A DNA stretch of 62,926 nt, filler included, from Trichosphaerium sp. ATCC 40318 (GCA_038496445.1; 3 parts of 3 records of this genome joined end to end with filler, not necessarily neighbours in it); one strand, 5' to 3'; counted from the whole stretch's first letter, positions 25,342-38,724 are shown. The notes: generated from the letters alone by a model not told the origin. Made by a program: numbers and translations.

Positions 25342-28300
25342 ATGGAAAAGAAAAGTAAAGGGGTACCAAACAAACAGCGTACCCTAAAGTTGGAAAAAAG
25401 GGTTTCAGTAGAAGAAGGGTTAAATGGTGCTAATTCGCTGGAAAATCGTGGAAAGACATCAACAAAGTCTAAACGACCAAACACTAGCCGGTACAATCGA
25501 TTTTTTGCTCTATTTTGGTAGTAACGCTCTTTACGATACAGGAGACGTTCCAAGCGTATGGCTTCTTCTGATGGGACATTAAAAACTGATCTCGCCTCGT
25601 TCAGATTAGTTATAAAGACAGAATTCGCTTGCATCGCAGAGCAAATACGTGAAGAGAACAGGGAGCTTAAAGAATTAATTGTGAGCTTGACAGAAAAGGT
25701 AGTTGATGTAAAAATGTTACAAGGCAAGAAAATAACGTTTTATAGGTCGACCAACAATCACAATCAATACAGTTAATGAGCGACGAAATAATAGAAATGA
25801 GAAATAGTGCATTGTACGTTGTGCTCGCCTAAAAAGTAGTTTGACCTATTCGCTTGCTTATCCTACGCGTATAGAACAACTCCAGGTCGATCTAGACCAT
25901 CTAATGTCTCTTTTGAACGGCCGTCTCCACGAGACTCCAGAGGTAATCTAAAACCTTTGTCAGTTCCTCTTATAACCATGTTAACCCTCTTTTAGTCGTA
26001 AAATCGCAATCAACGACATTCAGCCCACTCAAAAAAACAAAGACTGTTAAACCAAAGAAAGAGAACAAGAAACCTTAGTAAGTACTGATGAGCATTAAGC
26101 ATGAAAACAAAGGTTTTCTATTTTTTATGAAATTAAACGAAACTAAAGGCTAATCTCTCGGCTTACACATTTTGATAGCGCCTTACGTAAAACCCACTCA
26201 AGTACTCCATCAATTAATGTGAGTAAAAAATCTAAAAAGAAGAAAAAAGATGATCAAGGTTACTCAAGGTACGCACCTGTTTGTGACACGTGCAAAAAAA
26301 AAGTCTTTTAGATTTTTTGTATTGTTGTTTTTGACGGCTTGCTTCTATGTCTATCATTTGTTCTACAACACTACGCATTCATTTTAACAAAGGCATTAAT
26401 ACTAATGAAGTCAACAATAGCGAACCTCCAAAGACAAGAAAGAATAGCTCTGATGCGACTTTCTTTAAAAAAGTAAGTATTAAATTGATGTTGTTTGTCT
26501 GTTTGTTTATTGGTTTTAATTGGTATACAGCTCATGCGTGGTATGTCAAGTAAAGAGAAAAAAGTACTAGATAATCTACACGAGAAACTAGAAGCACATC
26601 GAAAGCAATCAATTTCAGGTAAGAACGAAAGAGCTCTTTCAGTTCTTTATTACTTTCTCTTTTTGTATCTTTGATTATTAACTTTTCTTATAGAGGATAG
26701 ATCACCTTTCGCAATTGGGCATTTACATCCTAATTCGCCTAGAAGCCCTTCTCCTCTATCACCTGATGCTTCACTTACGGTTACTGCTAAGATAAACAAC
26801 AGCCAACTTAACATGGAGTGTACGCTCTGCTCTTAACCTACCTTTCTTCTTTTTCTTTAAAACTAACATTTTCTTAACAGCGCATGGGCTTTCTTTTATA
26901 CCAGCAACAGTACTGGTTAAATCACAAGATATACAAAGCTTACAACTAGCAAAAAATAAGTTTGTTAAGTTCCCAAACTTAACATCTTTCAACTTTCTCA
27001 CAGAGCTTGATCTATCTCATAATATGATAGAAGTCGCTACTGGTTCTATATCAAGTCTAAGTAACCTCACAAGTCTTAAGTAAGTACACTAAAGAAAGCA
27101 AAGAAATCGAAGAAACCCAATAACTTGCTTTATTTTCTCAAAATCTCATTTTTTGTTAGGTTGGAAGACAACTCTCTTTACGCACTCTCTGCAGATATTA
27201 AAAACTTGAAACAGTTGAGAAGACTATTTCTGGGGGATAATGACTTAGGACCAAATATACCAGATGTCATTCTTCACTTAACAGCGTTGACAGAGTTAGA
27301 ATTGTTGTAAGTGGTTTTTTTTTTCCATTTTTTTTCTTTTCTGATGTACATCTTTTTTAGCGCCAATTCTCTTCGTATGATACCTGCTGGTATCTCACAA
27401 TTATCCAATTTGGAGTTCTTGAATATGTCACAAAACCACTTGGAACACCTTGGCGGTGGTGTTGCTAACTTAACCCAATTGCGGCGCCTTGATGTTAGAG
27501 AAAATAGGCTAGTGCAGTTACCTTCAAAAATAAGTAACCTCTCCTTGTACGTTATTTGATCATTACTTCCGAGCTTCCTATAACCTTTCTGTGGTTCTTA
27601 CTCTCAATCCTAGATTAAAGACACTTAATGTGTCAAACAATAACTTGACACTGCTGCCTTCATCTCTATCTGAGTGTAATCATGTTTTCAAAGGACTTGA
27701 TATTTCTGATAATCCATTCGTGGATCCAATGATAGTAGAGCAATATAATGCAAGTCCAATGGCTTTATTGACTTATTTGCGTATCTTGCATAAGAGTACG
27801 TACTCTACTTGTTGGTGTTGTCTTTAAGCAAAGTCTTTTTTACTTTGGTTGTCTAATGTTAATTTTTTTTTAGAGAATGCTGAGCAACCACCATCTCATG
27901 GCGAGTATACTTTATCAGCATACTCTTCAGGTCTTGATACTGATGTTGCAGATGATATGAAGATACACACTGATTCTAATGATAACAGTGAGGATGACAG
28001 TGGTACTGATACTGTACGTACAATGCTTGTGTAATTTTTTCCGATTTTTTATTGCTTTCTCGTCTTGTTGTGTATGAAGGACTGTCATATTTTAACCTTC
28101 AACTGTGTAAAGTCTATAGCATGGTGTTACATACTTTCACAAGCTGTATTTGTTTATGTTGTAGTGTTTTTGACTAATATTTGCTCTGTTTAGAGTATTA
28201 TAGATAATCCCAGTTACAATAATAAATTACGATCTCTTGTTGTATGGACAAGAGAGGCTTTAGAGAATAACTTACAACCAGTTATTAAAACTTTATCTCA

Positions 28301-28719
28301 AAGTGTATTTAAGAGTAAGACAAAACGTCAAGCAGTAGTATCAACAATACAAAACATCGGCAGGGTACACAAACACATAAGGACAACATTCGCTTTTTTG
28401 TTTGTGCATGGGGTTTCTTTTCTGATTTTTTTCTTAGATTTTTGTTAACAACTCAAGTTTGATTCCTGGAGAGAAAAGTCGTTGTGAAGTGCTTCTTGGT
28501 ATTGAGTCTGTTGATAAGAGTGCTCAGACACATCATATATATAGATGTTGGGAGATTATTGATGATATTATGGAGAGTATGGGTGAGTTACTTGACGAAC
28601 CTATAACAAGTGATGCAAAAGTTGAACAAACTCTAAAGTTAATTAATGCAACAAAAGAGATTTTGGACTTATTAGCTGAATGTGCTACTACGACAGGAAT
28701 TAATGCTTTTGATAATTGA
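25342..28719 (+). CDS. Multi-exon leucine-rich repeat protein (typical LRR) with coiled-coil/low-complexity N-terminus
   Basis: LTELDLSHNMI, LRRLFLGDNDL, LEFLNMSQNHL, LRRLDVRENRL, LKTLNVSNNNL, LDISDNPF; GT-AG introns between exons. Could be two genes. Confidence 0.75.
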
Positions 28720-29655
28720 GAGAGAAAAATATACCCTTTATATTGATATCAAGGATTGAAATCAAAAGTGTAAAATAGTGAAATAAAGATAACATTAGAT
28801 AAAAAAAAACCATGTTGTTTTTTTCCAGTAGTTCACTCTTGTTCAATATCTTCCTTAGTGTATTCATAAAGAACTCTATTAAAATCCTGACAGCTAGAGG
28901 ATATTGGAAGTACAATAACAAGTTTGTTTTGAAATGATATTGCTCAAAGGTGGGCCTATGGTCACCCTTAAAAGAGCATGCCTAAATCTACATTTCCGTT
29001 GACATTGTGTTTGTTTTACCTGGTGCAACGCTGTCAACAACAGCTATCCTGTATAAACTTAAACTAACTGTTTTGTTAATGCCGTTGATAGGAACATGTT
29101 AATAAAACATTGTAAAGGAAGTGTCAGTTTTTATTGAGTGTTCTTTTTTACAGCACTACTTTGTCTGCACCATGCGAGTTTGAAGTGCTACTTTTTCAGG
29201 TTATGTACCTATGTTTGAGATTAGGTAAACAATCAATGCTATCCTTTGATATCTGAGGACGTTTTTCGATTGTGAGAAAGAAAACAGATTCCAACTGCTC
29301 GACGTCTTTAGAACTAATCATAGGGCAATTAATAAATTAACATCAATAGCACCTGACATTGCTTTAATGCATTCATATGTAATATTATTCCCTGAACATT
29401 CAATAGTGTAACCCAGTGATTGCTTGTATACCTTCTACTGTAACTGACTTACATCTCACCAACAGTTTCTGGTTTTTCCAAGTATAAAGTCATATTTCAA
29501 AAAAACAACTATTTATTTAGACTTAATTTCGAAAGGGTACGCTGTATTGAAAAAAAGAGCTTGTTGGGTAAATAATAGTCCATTGGTTTAATGGTAGATA
29601 GATGTGGAGAGTTGTATTGAGTGTTTTGAGATCGCTCTTTTTGTAGTCAAACAAA

Positions 29656-31167
29656 TCACCAAGAAAAAGCTCGCTTGTTCATTAAGGTTTCAGATATGTT
29701 TTTACAACGCTTTAGGCTTATCCTTTTAACATCACCCAAACTATTAATGGCACCTTCAGTAATATTATCATTGCCAACAAGGCTTAATTTATGTGCATCC
29801 ATAAAAACTTTAATCCCTTCATCAGTTACTAAAGGACATCCTCGGAGACATACATTCCTTGCTCCACCGAGATACTTAACGCCTTCATCAGTAATTAGAT
29901 TACATCCTCTCAATGATATGGTTTTGACGCCTCCAAGAGCCTTGATGCCTTCGTCAGTGACTTTCAAACATCCGTATAAACAAATAGAGTTGACACCTCC
30001 GAGATGCTTTATACCTTCACTAGAAACATTAACACATCCTTTGAGATTAATCTCTTGGACTCCAGAAAGTGATTTAATAGCCTCATCACTCACAAATATC
30101 CTATTCTTTAAGTTGATAATCTTAACACCACTCAAAGCCTTGATACCTTCATTTATGTCAATAGTATTCGTATGTTTAAAACTCAAATCGATTGAATGAA
30201 CACCAGCAAGTGCAGCAATACCAACACTAGTTATCTTTTTACAATTTGGTAGACTTATAGTGTGAACGCCAGAAAGAGCTTCAAGTCCGTAATCAGTAAT
30301 ATGCCTAGGTGGGTACATTTTCTGTACACCTTTGAACGCTCTTATACCTTCGTCAGTAACATTCTTCAAAGCGCTCATCTCGACAACTCTAGCTCCTTTA
30401 AAAGCCATCATACATCTATCAGTTAACTTTGTATTGCATCCAAAATAAATAACACTCGCTCCACCAAGAGGTATCAAATCATCATCTGAGAATCTATTTG
30501 AGCCTGTAATGAACTCATCTACTCCAGCCAACTGTTTATAAGCAGAAATTGGTCCCTGTAGCTGAGGTAATGCTAATTTCTTTGCGCCCTTTAAATACTG
30601 TAGTATTCTAGTTGAAAGACCGTAACACCTTAGTATAAGGCTCTCAATACACTTTAAGTAAGAGATACCTTTATCTGTAATTTTATAACTTGATACGCTC
30701 AAACACTTGACACGTGGAATATGCTTCAACCCTTCATCTGAGATATATTTGCAACGCATCAGGTTAATTGTATGTACGTTTGATAAGTGACATAGATGGT
30801 CATTTGTTACTGATGTACCACTCAAGTCAATAGTATGTAGATTAGACATAAGGCGAAAAGAGTCACTTGAAGGTATGGAGTAACATGCAAAGTTTAAGGA
30901 GTTTGCTTTCGCTAATATTTTTGCAGCATCTTCTCCATAATAGCTGTAAAGTTCAATCTCTACTTTGAAATGTGCGTTCTTAAGTGTCTTGAAATACTTC
31001 TCTATGCAATCTATTTGTGAAAGGCTGGTTATAGACGCTGTTACGTATCCCATAGAGTTACGCATAAAGTTTGTCATTTTCCAGCACGTTTTAGTTAATA
31101 AACCCCATTCATAGCGTTGAAGGAACGTAAGAATGTGTTCTAGAATATCGGGGAAGAGGTTGATCAA
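29656..31167 (-). CDS. F-box + short LRR protein (paralog)
   Basis: LFPDILEHILTFL..TCWKM, then repeats LSGVHTISLPNCKKITSVG and LGGVKTISLRGCNLITDEG. Coding body is intronless. True start probably lies in an upstream exon (ACTAAC..TAG near 31210). Confidence 0.88.
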   Translation of the reverse strand: MINLFPDILEHILTFLQRYEWGLLTKTCWKMTNFMRNSMGYVTASITSLSQIDCIEKYFKTLKNAHFKVEIELYSYYGEDAAKILAKANSLNFACYSIPSSDSFRLMSNLHTIDLSGTSVTNDHLCHLSNVHTINLMRCKYISDEGLKHIPRVKCLSVSSYKITDKGISYLKCIESLILRCYGLSTRILQYLKGAKKLALPQLQGPISAYKQLAGVDEFITGSNRFSDDDLIPLGGASVIYFGCNTKLTDRCMMAFKGARVVEMSALKNVTDEGIRAFKGVQKMYPPRHITDYGLEALSGVHTISLPNCKKITSVGIAALAGVHSIDLSFKHTNTIDINEGIKALSGVKIINLKNRIFVSDEAIKSLSGVQEINLKGCVNVSSEGIKHLGGVNSICLYGCLKVTDEGIKALGGVKTISLRGCNLITDEGVKYLGGARNVCLRGCPLVTDEGIKVFMDAHKLSLVGNDNITEGAINSLGDVKRISLKRCKNISETLMNKRAFSW

Positions 31168-31606
31168 GTTTTGATTGTCATTTGCTTCATTTTGATCTGA
31201 CGCGTCTCTATAAGTGCGTTAGTGGCGTATGGGAGCGATAAAAGATGCTGGCGAAGGTAAGTAAGCGAACCAGAACAAACACAAGTAATGTTGCTAAAAT
31301 TAGCAGCTGGCAGCATAACATGCGACAAGGAACGTTAAATAAGATACAAAGCGGAATGCGGTCGACGGTAAAGGTCTTTTCCCAAAAAATCTCCGTGCCT
31401 GTTAGTTTGGTTGCTTGATAGCTCCGCCATTTCTGGAAAGCAATAAAATCGGGATTAGAAGCACACTTGCGATTTTATTCCTAAGTTGTCACACAGCATC
31501 CAAAAACGCGTTTCGAAGTCAACCTCGGTCACGAGGTAAGAAAACACGTGCCTTCTTAGGGTGCTTTATAATCATTAATTGCGCACCTATACTATGTGAC
31601 CTGTTA

Positions 31607-31891
31607 AGAGATGTTTAGATATCTACAATATCTAGATAATCTAGATAATTTCGCCAAAACTAGATAATTCACAAGTATCTAGATAATTTAAAATATCTAG
31701 ATATTATAAAACGTGGTTTCAAATCCCACTTCCTATGGTACAACGTGGTATTTGAAACCATATATGAAGGTGCCTTATTTTCGAATATCTAGATAATTTG
31801 TAATATCTAGATATTTTTCGCAAAACTAGATATTTCACAAATATCTAGATACTGTAAAATATCTAGATATCTCAGATATCTAAACATCTCT
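31607..31891. mobile_element. MITE with TTA target-site duplication (PIF/Harbinger-type)
   Basis: Perfect TIR AGAGATGTTTAGATATCT / AGATATCTAAACATCTCT, TTA at 31604-31606 and 31892-31894, and multiple internal TATCTAGATA palindromes. Confidence 0.85.
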
Positions 31892-31906
31892 TTAGCAGCA
31901 ATTTAA

Positions 31907-32975
31907 ATGGATTTTGTAAACCTTACTATACTTCCAGCAGCGCTACAGTTAGAAGTTACAATATGGCCACTTATAAAAATACGTGGCAACTGCAACAAGG
32001 TTTTATTGCAATATAAAAGAACATGGCATCATGTAAATGGTAACGCACATGGTGAATGCAAGCGTTGGAGCGATAATGGTCAACTGTTAGAACATTGTAC
32101 ATATGGAGCAACTTTTGTTAAGCAGTTCCCGTTCATAGAAAAATTCAATACACTAAGCCATGTGCTTGTACATCAAAAATAGTGTTATGTCTTGTAGCTA
32201 CATGGTTGTAGGTGTGTTATGCCAGAAGTTTGGTGCCAGATGCCAAAATATGTTTGTAGACGTACATTTGTAACAACAATGCCGTAAAACTGTTCCGCTA
32301 ATGTGTTAATTGCAAAAAAAGAAGTGACAGTTGTAATAATTGCTTTTAGTCAGCGTAATTGGTTGCTTTTAAAGCTTTTCCAATAAGGACGACAAATCAA
32401 GCAACGGCAGCCAAACATAGCTGAAAGGATATAATCTTATGTGATCTGTAAAATGGTACGTTTAGGCAGCCGTTGGTTCATTTGTCTTGAAATAGTAGAG
32501 TTTTTTTATTAAACAGTCACAAAAATCCGTGTAAGTATCTACAAACCAGTACCTGCGCGTAGGGTAGTACATACATACAATATTTGTATGCTAAAGCTAA
32601 AATACACTTGTGACGCTTTTGTAAGCCTTGGTATTCAAATAACAAGTACTGTGATCTTTTGTGCAATAGATGCCTTAATTTCAAGGCTGTGTATAGGTGT
32701 CAAACAGAGAAAAATGATTAAATATGGAACAGAAAAAAAATTTTCAGTGATTATGAGCTTGTTTAATTTTTCTTGACGCTACAACTCCACAAACAACAAA
32801 AAGACAAGGAACTGCTTAACAAAAGTTGCTCTGTTTATGGTGCCTACAAAGAAGAATGGAAAGTTAGGTACGAGGATGTTTTTAAGAGCATAGAAGTGGT
32901 GAGCTGTACAAGCGCAACTATAAAATGTAAAGCTTGAAGGAAAGTACGAGATGTGGTATCTCAATTGGCAAAATA
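31907..32975 (+). pseudogene. MORN-variant repeat pseudogene interrupted by a TIR element
   Basis: HVNGNAHGECKRWSDNGQLLEHCTY lies before the insertion; decayed SGELYKRNYK..EGKYEMWYLN lies after it. Confidence 0.65.
32106..32831. mobile_element. 726-bp non-autonomous DNA transposon with perfect 24-bp TIRs
   Basis: GAGCAACTTTTGTTAAGCAGTTCC (32106-32129) and GGAACTGCTTAACAAAAGTTGCTC (32808-32831). Confidence 0.85.
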
Positions 32976-34542
32976 GGCCGTTGAAATTAAGGAAATAGCA
33001 AAGTAGAAGGAACAGCAAGAGATAGTATTCATTTCAGTTTCTTTATACTACTTGTCTAACAAAGTAGAAGGTATACTTTGTCTAAGCCGAGGTGGAGCCC
33101 CAAAGTACTGCAAACACTTCACCTTCACCTCATTTCGCAGCAGAAATAGATAGCTTATTGTTGATATTACTTGGTATAGGGACTATTTTTGTAAGCGGTT
33201 CACACCTCTTATATCAAAGCTTTAGCATGTGTTAATGTATCTCTAGAACGAATGGCTCTATTGTTATGTTCTAAGTGTGAAATAAATTATTTATTTTTTT
33301 ACATGTTTTTTGGCGTATTTTTTTAATACACAGCTAAAAAAGCTTCAATCGAGCTTCATTGAGAATAAAGCAGATGATTAGAGCCTGGAATCATCATAAA
33401 TGGCTCTTGCAAATAAATGGATGCGTTATGGGCTAAAATAAAGCTTATGGTACCACAATATGAACGTGTATGTACAATGTACCTTTAAACGACGTTTATC
33501 GCTCGGAAAACGCTTAAAACGTTGGTTTGCTGTGTTAATATTCTAGTCAAATCGAGTTCCCCAATACCGATGTAGGGCAAGCGTGTACAAGCTTTTAAAC
33601 GGTGTACATACATTTAACAGCTATTTGACATATGTTAATAAGGGTTTCAAGTCTGTACAGCCTTGCGTAATCTGTAAATTCCAATATTCCGCCCTCTGTT
33701 ACCATAAGCAATTTTACATTTTATGAAATACCATGAGTAATTGAAGGTCCCTTACTCTTTGAAAGTACAGTCCACACACTGCATATGATACAGCATAACT
33801 TTCAGCAATAGTTAAACAATTGTAGCAGCATAGTTTCAAAGAAACTGTTTTTGGCAAGTACTGAAGTATCTCCATGTAAAAAGTAAGTTCTGTCTCTGAA
33901 ACTTCTGTAGTGGTAAAACAAAACTACAGCAAGCTTTGTGGACCTCTGATTCAATAAACTACCAAGCAAGAGTGAGTATTTCGACATTTTGATTTAAATA
34001 TTATGTTCATCAACTTCTATGAAAAAGTAACCTCCGTGTTTTGATACCTAAATTATTAAATACTCTATAACTGTGCATAGGTACACAATGGTTTATTGAG
34101 CACCTGCCGCCAAAAGGAAAGATTTGAAAAAGGTATCTGTGGGTTAGAATGATTGTTCAAAAGAATGACCAATTTACAGCAATCAGGTATAGAGACGGGT
34201 GATGATAGCTTTATGTGGAACACTGAAAGTGATAAAAAATGCAAGAAACGACATAATGTAATCCTTAATCACTATGTTGTAAAAGAATTGCCTGTAAAAC
34301 ATGGTGGTGTTAGAGGAGAAGAATATGATCCAAAGCAGAAAAAACTCCTTTTTAGATTCAATGAAATAGTTTATTGAAGTACACTATTAATTACCAGCAA
34401 GTTCTGGTTCGGCCAAATTGTAGACACAAATGTGCTCTGAAGCATACCCAAAATTTGGCCAAAAATAACGTTTTTGAGGTGTGCTAGACTTTTTTTGAAA
34501 GTGTGAACTGCTTACAAAAATCGTCCCTAGTTAAACTTGAAG

Positions 34543-35403
34543 TCAAGCGTTGCTACCACCATTGCGTTTGGTGTACTTTAACCCCAATTCTTGAAGCGCT
34601 CCTATTGTTATCTGGGAATACAACCTAATGTCAATTTGCTTAAGAGACAACATATGCTTTAAGCAGTCATCTGTAACGTTATAACAATCCCAAAGTTTCA
34701 AGTATTCCAGGTTAACCAAGTTCTTTAAACCATAGTCTGTTACACTGTCAACACCTAAACGCAATCTTTCGACATTTACAAGTGACCTTATTCCATCATC
34801 TGTTATTGCCTCGCCATGAAAAATTAAAACTGTGTTTACATTTGCAAGATGCTTTAGCCATGAGTCAGTTACTGCTTTACCACCGATTGAAATTTTATGT
34901 ACATCTTTCAAACGCTTGATCCCTTCAGCAGTAATTTTCCTACAGCCGTAAATGTCAATTGTGTGAACACCTTTGAGAGCCGCTAATGAGACATCTGTTA
35001 TATTTGTGAGTTGCAAATTAACAGTATGTAGTCCTCCACATGCTAGTGCATGAATACCATCAAGTGTAACAAATGAATGGTCCAAAGAAATGGTATGAAC
35101 ACCAACAAGGTATTTAAGGTCATTGGTAGATGGACGCTTTCCAATGCATTCAATCCTAGTATTTCTAAGCAATGGAGAACCTGTTAGAACTTTGAACTCT
35201 TTATTGTGTTTAATTTTAATGTGTTCAAAGCCAATATTCCGCCGAATGATGTTATAAAACAGGTGACAAACTGTGGTTGTCTTAATACGCTGGTTTCTCT
35301 TTAAATTAACAAGTACAAGCGTTATTATCTCTGGAGGCAAGTCATACACATATCTTATAGGTTGTACCCGAGTGTGTGATGTATCACTGCAGCCTTGATC
35401 CAT
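34543..35403 (-). CDS. F-box + short LRR protein (paralog), intronless
   Basis: DLPPEIITLVLVNL..TVCHLFYNII, linker LTGSPLLRNTRI (shared with the 15826 gene), and repeats such as LKGVHTIDIYGCRKITAEG. Likely ATG at 35403. Confidence 0.88.
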   Translation of the reverse strand: MDQGCSDTSHTRVQPIRYVYDLPPEIITLVLVNLKRNQRIKTTTVCHLFYNIIRRNIGFEHIKIKHNKEFKVLTGSPLLRNTRIECIGKRPSTNDLKYLVGVHTISLDHSFVTLDGIHALACGGLHTVNLQLTNITDVSLAALKGVHTIDIYGCRKITAEGIKRLKDVHKISIGGKAVTDSWLKHLANVNTVLIFHGEAITDDGIRSLVNVERLRLGVDSVTDYGLKNLVNLEYLKLWDCYNVTDDCLKHMLSLKQIDIRLYSQITIGALQELGLKYTKRNGGSNA

Positions 35404-35590
35404 TTGTAGAGCGAATATGTCCGAATAAAGTTGGTATATTACGCACGTGACATTTTTTCGGTAGTTTTTTAGTGTTACTTTTACTGACCGTACTACGGAT
35501 TGATGTCTTGGCGTGTACGTGACGCAAACGTTACAGCTGTAATCAAATAAAAAACATGTATGTCGAAGTAACAAACGTTTAGTCCTTATA

Positions 35591-37647
35591 ATGTCATTGG
35601 CTGTGCGCTTTATCGCTCTAATTGTTATTTTCGCTTGTTGTGACAGTATTGGAGGGCTTCTGACTTCTTATTCTAAATGTGACTACTTTATAGCTCCAGA
35701 TGGAAGCAATTCTGTGCGTTGGCTTCACCATATAGTTCTATCACGTGAAAATATAAGTACTAACGTTTTTTTCGTTTAGAATGGTAATGGATCTCAAGTA
35801 GCTCCGTACAAGAGTTTGCAAGCTGTCTCGGAAGCAACTGGCGATAACCGATGCCAGAATACGTCGAATTGTACACTATGCTTCAAAGGTAAACAACCGG
35901 TTGAGTGTTTAACTTGGAACGACGTAAACAACTGTAGGTGGTACGTACGATTGCTCTCCGAGCGTTGCAAAATGGAATACTACTCAAAGAGGTGTTCTAA
36001 ATATACAACACTTCGACTGGGATAATGTCAAAAGATCTAGGCCAACCTGTCTGATTGATTATTTGTTTGTGAGCAAAAGTCTCCTTACTTTTGTTTTGCA
36101 TAACTCTTTGTTTTAGCATTTGAAAGGCAATCCAAAAGTCACAGCATACATCGACCATTTTTATGCGAGCATTGCTCTCACGGACGGAGACTTTTTCATC
36201 TCTAATTCTGAGTTTCATCAACGCAAGCAACGTACGTAGTCCATCCAATCTATGAAATGAAATGTATTGCGGATGTTATGAATCAATTTTTAAACTCCAA
36301 TTTAAGTCAATGTAAACTATTCAATTAGTTTTACCTTGCGGAAGTTAATTGTTTGTTTTTTAGTTGATGTTACACACACTACAACAACAAGTGTTACACT
36401 TACTTCATGCATATTTGATCAAATAGCCTTGAACCTAGACCTCATAGATTCATTTACAATGGATAAATGTAAATGGACGTTTCCTAACGGACTCATAAAT
36501 GGTACAAAGTTTACCATATATCAAGTTTTGTTCTTATTTTTTTCCAATAGCGAAAGTAGTTAGATTATCCAACAACGTCTTTGATTTCCAGAATGGTGCT
36601 CAATCAATTGTTGAAGTAGGTAACTATGTTAAAACACTTGAATTTCTGGGCAATAAAATTAGCGATTGTGGGCGAGAAACAGTACAAATACCTCTTTGCT
36701 TTAAACAGTTTTGTTTACGCACTTTCTGTAAAAAACTAGCCTTGCTTGAAAGTTGTATCAAAACACAGACCATCCATATCAATGAAATTAGACAATAATA
36801 TATTTGGTGGCGTTGGTCCGTTCATATGGCCTCGATGGGATAACGGAATAGTTGTTACATTAAACATCACTTCAAACAACTTTGGAGTTTCAGTTACGTT
36901 TTGTTTTTGGTTCCTTTCTCTTGCAGCTTGTTTATTATTTTTAGAGTCTTCCATCGGTGTATTTAGATAATGCATTCCAGTACCCTAAACACTTACACAT
37001 TGAAAATAATACCATCACAGAAATACGTTAGTTAAGTTTTTTGTTCCATGTTCTAACTTATTGTAGCAAAATGTAAAATAGGAGAGTTTTCTTACAAGCA
37101 TATATTATTGTGCTTATGGTGCAACGAGGGTACTTTCTCAAACTCCACTACACTTTCAGAATGCTATAAATGCACGAATGGGACTGTTACCAAATATAAA
37201 AGGAGCACAAGCTGTACTACATGCCCAGCAGGAACATATGCAAAGTACATACAAAACACACTTTCTTATCAATAACCTTCAATTTTAGTAGTGCTAACAC
37301 AAACTGTAATCCTTGCCTGGAGTCTTTCTTCTCTCTTCCAGGGTCATCAAAGTGTATAGAATGTAGTGAAGGATTTAAATCAAGCACAAACAAAGATAGA
37401 TGTATAAAGGCACGTGCTACTAAAAAAATAGATAAGAGGACTTATCACGTATTTAGATAAAGGATTATACTTGGGTTATTGGTGTAGTTGTACTTGGATT
37501 AGCAGGTTAGTATTTATATTAATGAGGCCTACAACAAACATTTAATGTTTTATAAAAGGCGTTGGGATGCTTGTTGTTGTTTTAATAGTGTGGCGGAATC
37601 GAAAGCAAACTATACGTGTTTATAGTAGTATAAATGACGATTTGTAA
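35591..37647 (+). CDS. Type I membrane protein, paralog of 12457-15014 (DUF1565-like, beta-helix, Cys-rich repeats, TM)
   Basis: Signal peptide; YFIAPDGSNS|NGNGSQVAPYKSLQAV; CNEGTFS, CPAGTYA, CSEGFKS; TM WVIGVVVLGLAGVGMLVVVLIVW; tail ..VYSSINDDL*. Confidence 0.75.
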
Positions 37648-38724
37648 ATACAACTAATTCTTTAGTACTTCATTAAGAACAGTTTTCCTTCCTAGTTAAG
37701 GGTGCGGTGCTAAGTCATTACTCTACTCAAAACGCATGTCAGACACTCAGACTGCTTGTGGCAGTATCGCACATGCGTAGAGAATGTATTTATGGAATAA
37801 AGACCACTTTTTGGTACAAAAAAGCCTTAAACTTCCTCACCTGGTACCAAAGTATTCGAAACAGTAATTTAATGAACTGTTACATGTTAAAAACATAGAA
37901 ACAAGTGTGTTAAAAGAAACAATTATGATTCGTTGAATTTTAGCAAACATAACGTACAAAGTAAACTTTACAAGGCAGCAAAATTACAAGCATAGTTTTG
38001 ATATGCTTTTCAAGAGTTTTCATTGACATTCTGAGTTGTACAACTACAAACTTAGCATTGTTCTGCTATATGGCTTAATAATACCATTCATACGTGTTGG
38101 TAGTACTATAAGTTCACTACCTGTGTGTTAACCGAAAATTGTACAGAAAGTGGTAAAAATGGTATGTAGCTCACTAACTAAACAAATAAATGCGTATGAG
38201 GGTCCTTGCAACAGAAATTGAAAGTTTTCATCTATTTCACAAACAGTACCTATGTTTTTCACAAACTAGTGCTTGGAATAACTCTAAATGCTGAAGTAGA
38301 TACATAGAAATACAAAACCTAGCTTGTAGAAAAAAAAACCAAAAAGTGACAGTTTTTCACAAAAATTTGGCAGTTTTTATGATCTCCTGGAGTGTGAAGT
38401 TCACGAAAGTTCCCCAAAGCTAACTAAAACGCGTTGATAGGGTAGTGCCATGGCAGCCATACCCATGTGCGCTTGGTAATTTCTGGTATTGGCGAGATCA
38501 GCAAAAAAAAAATTTCATTTAACGAATCAGCGAACTGTTTACGCCATTTAAATAGCGCAGTTGGAAGGACTTTCAGCGTAAATGTCAATACCACAGGTAC
38601 AAGGGGAGGGAAGGAGCACAAAGTGCGAAAAAACAATTTACTTTTAGTAAAAAGAAATCAAAAAACCGCATAATAATAATGTTAGCATACCTATACCAAA
38701 GACTTGACTTTGACTTTTATTTTA

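Noticed and set aside
34060-34400. Coding-like decayed fragment (also 17700-18050)
   Set aside because: No recognisable domain; cannot be assigned without a search.
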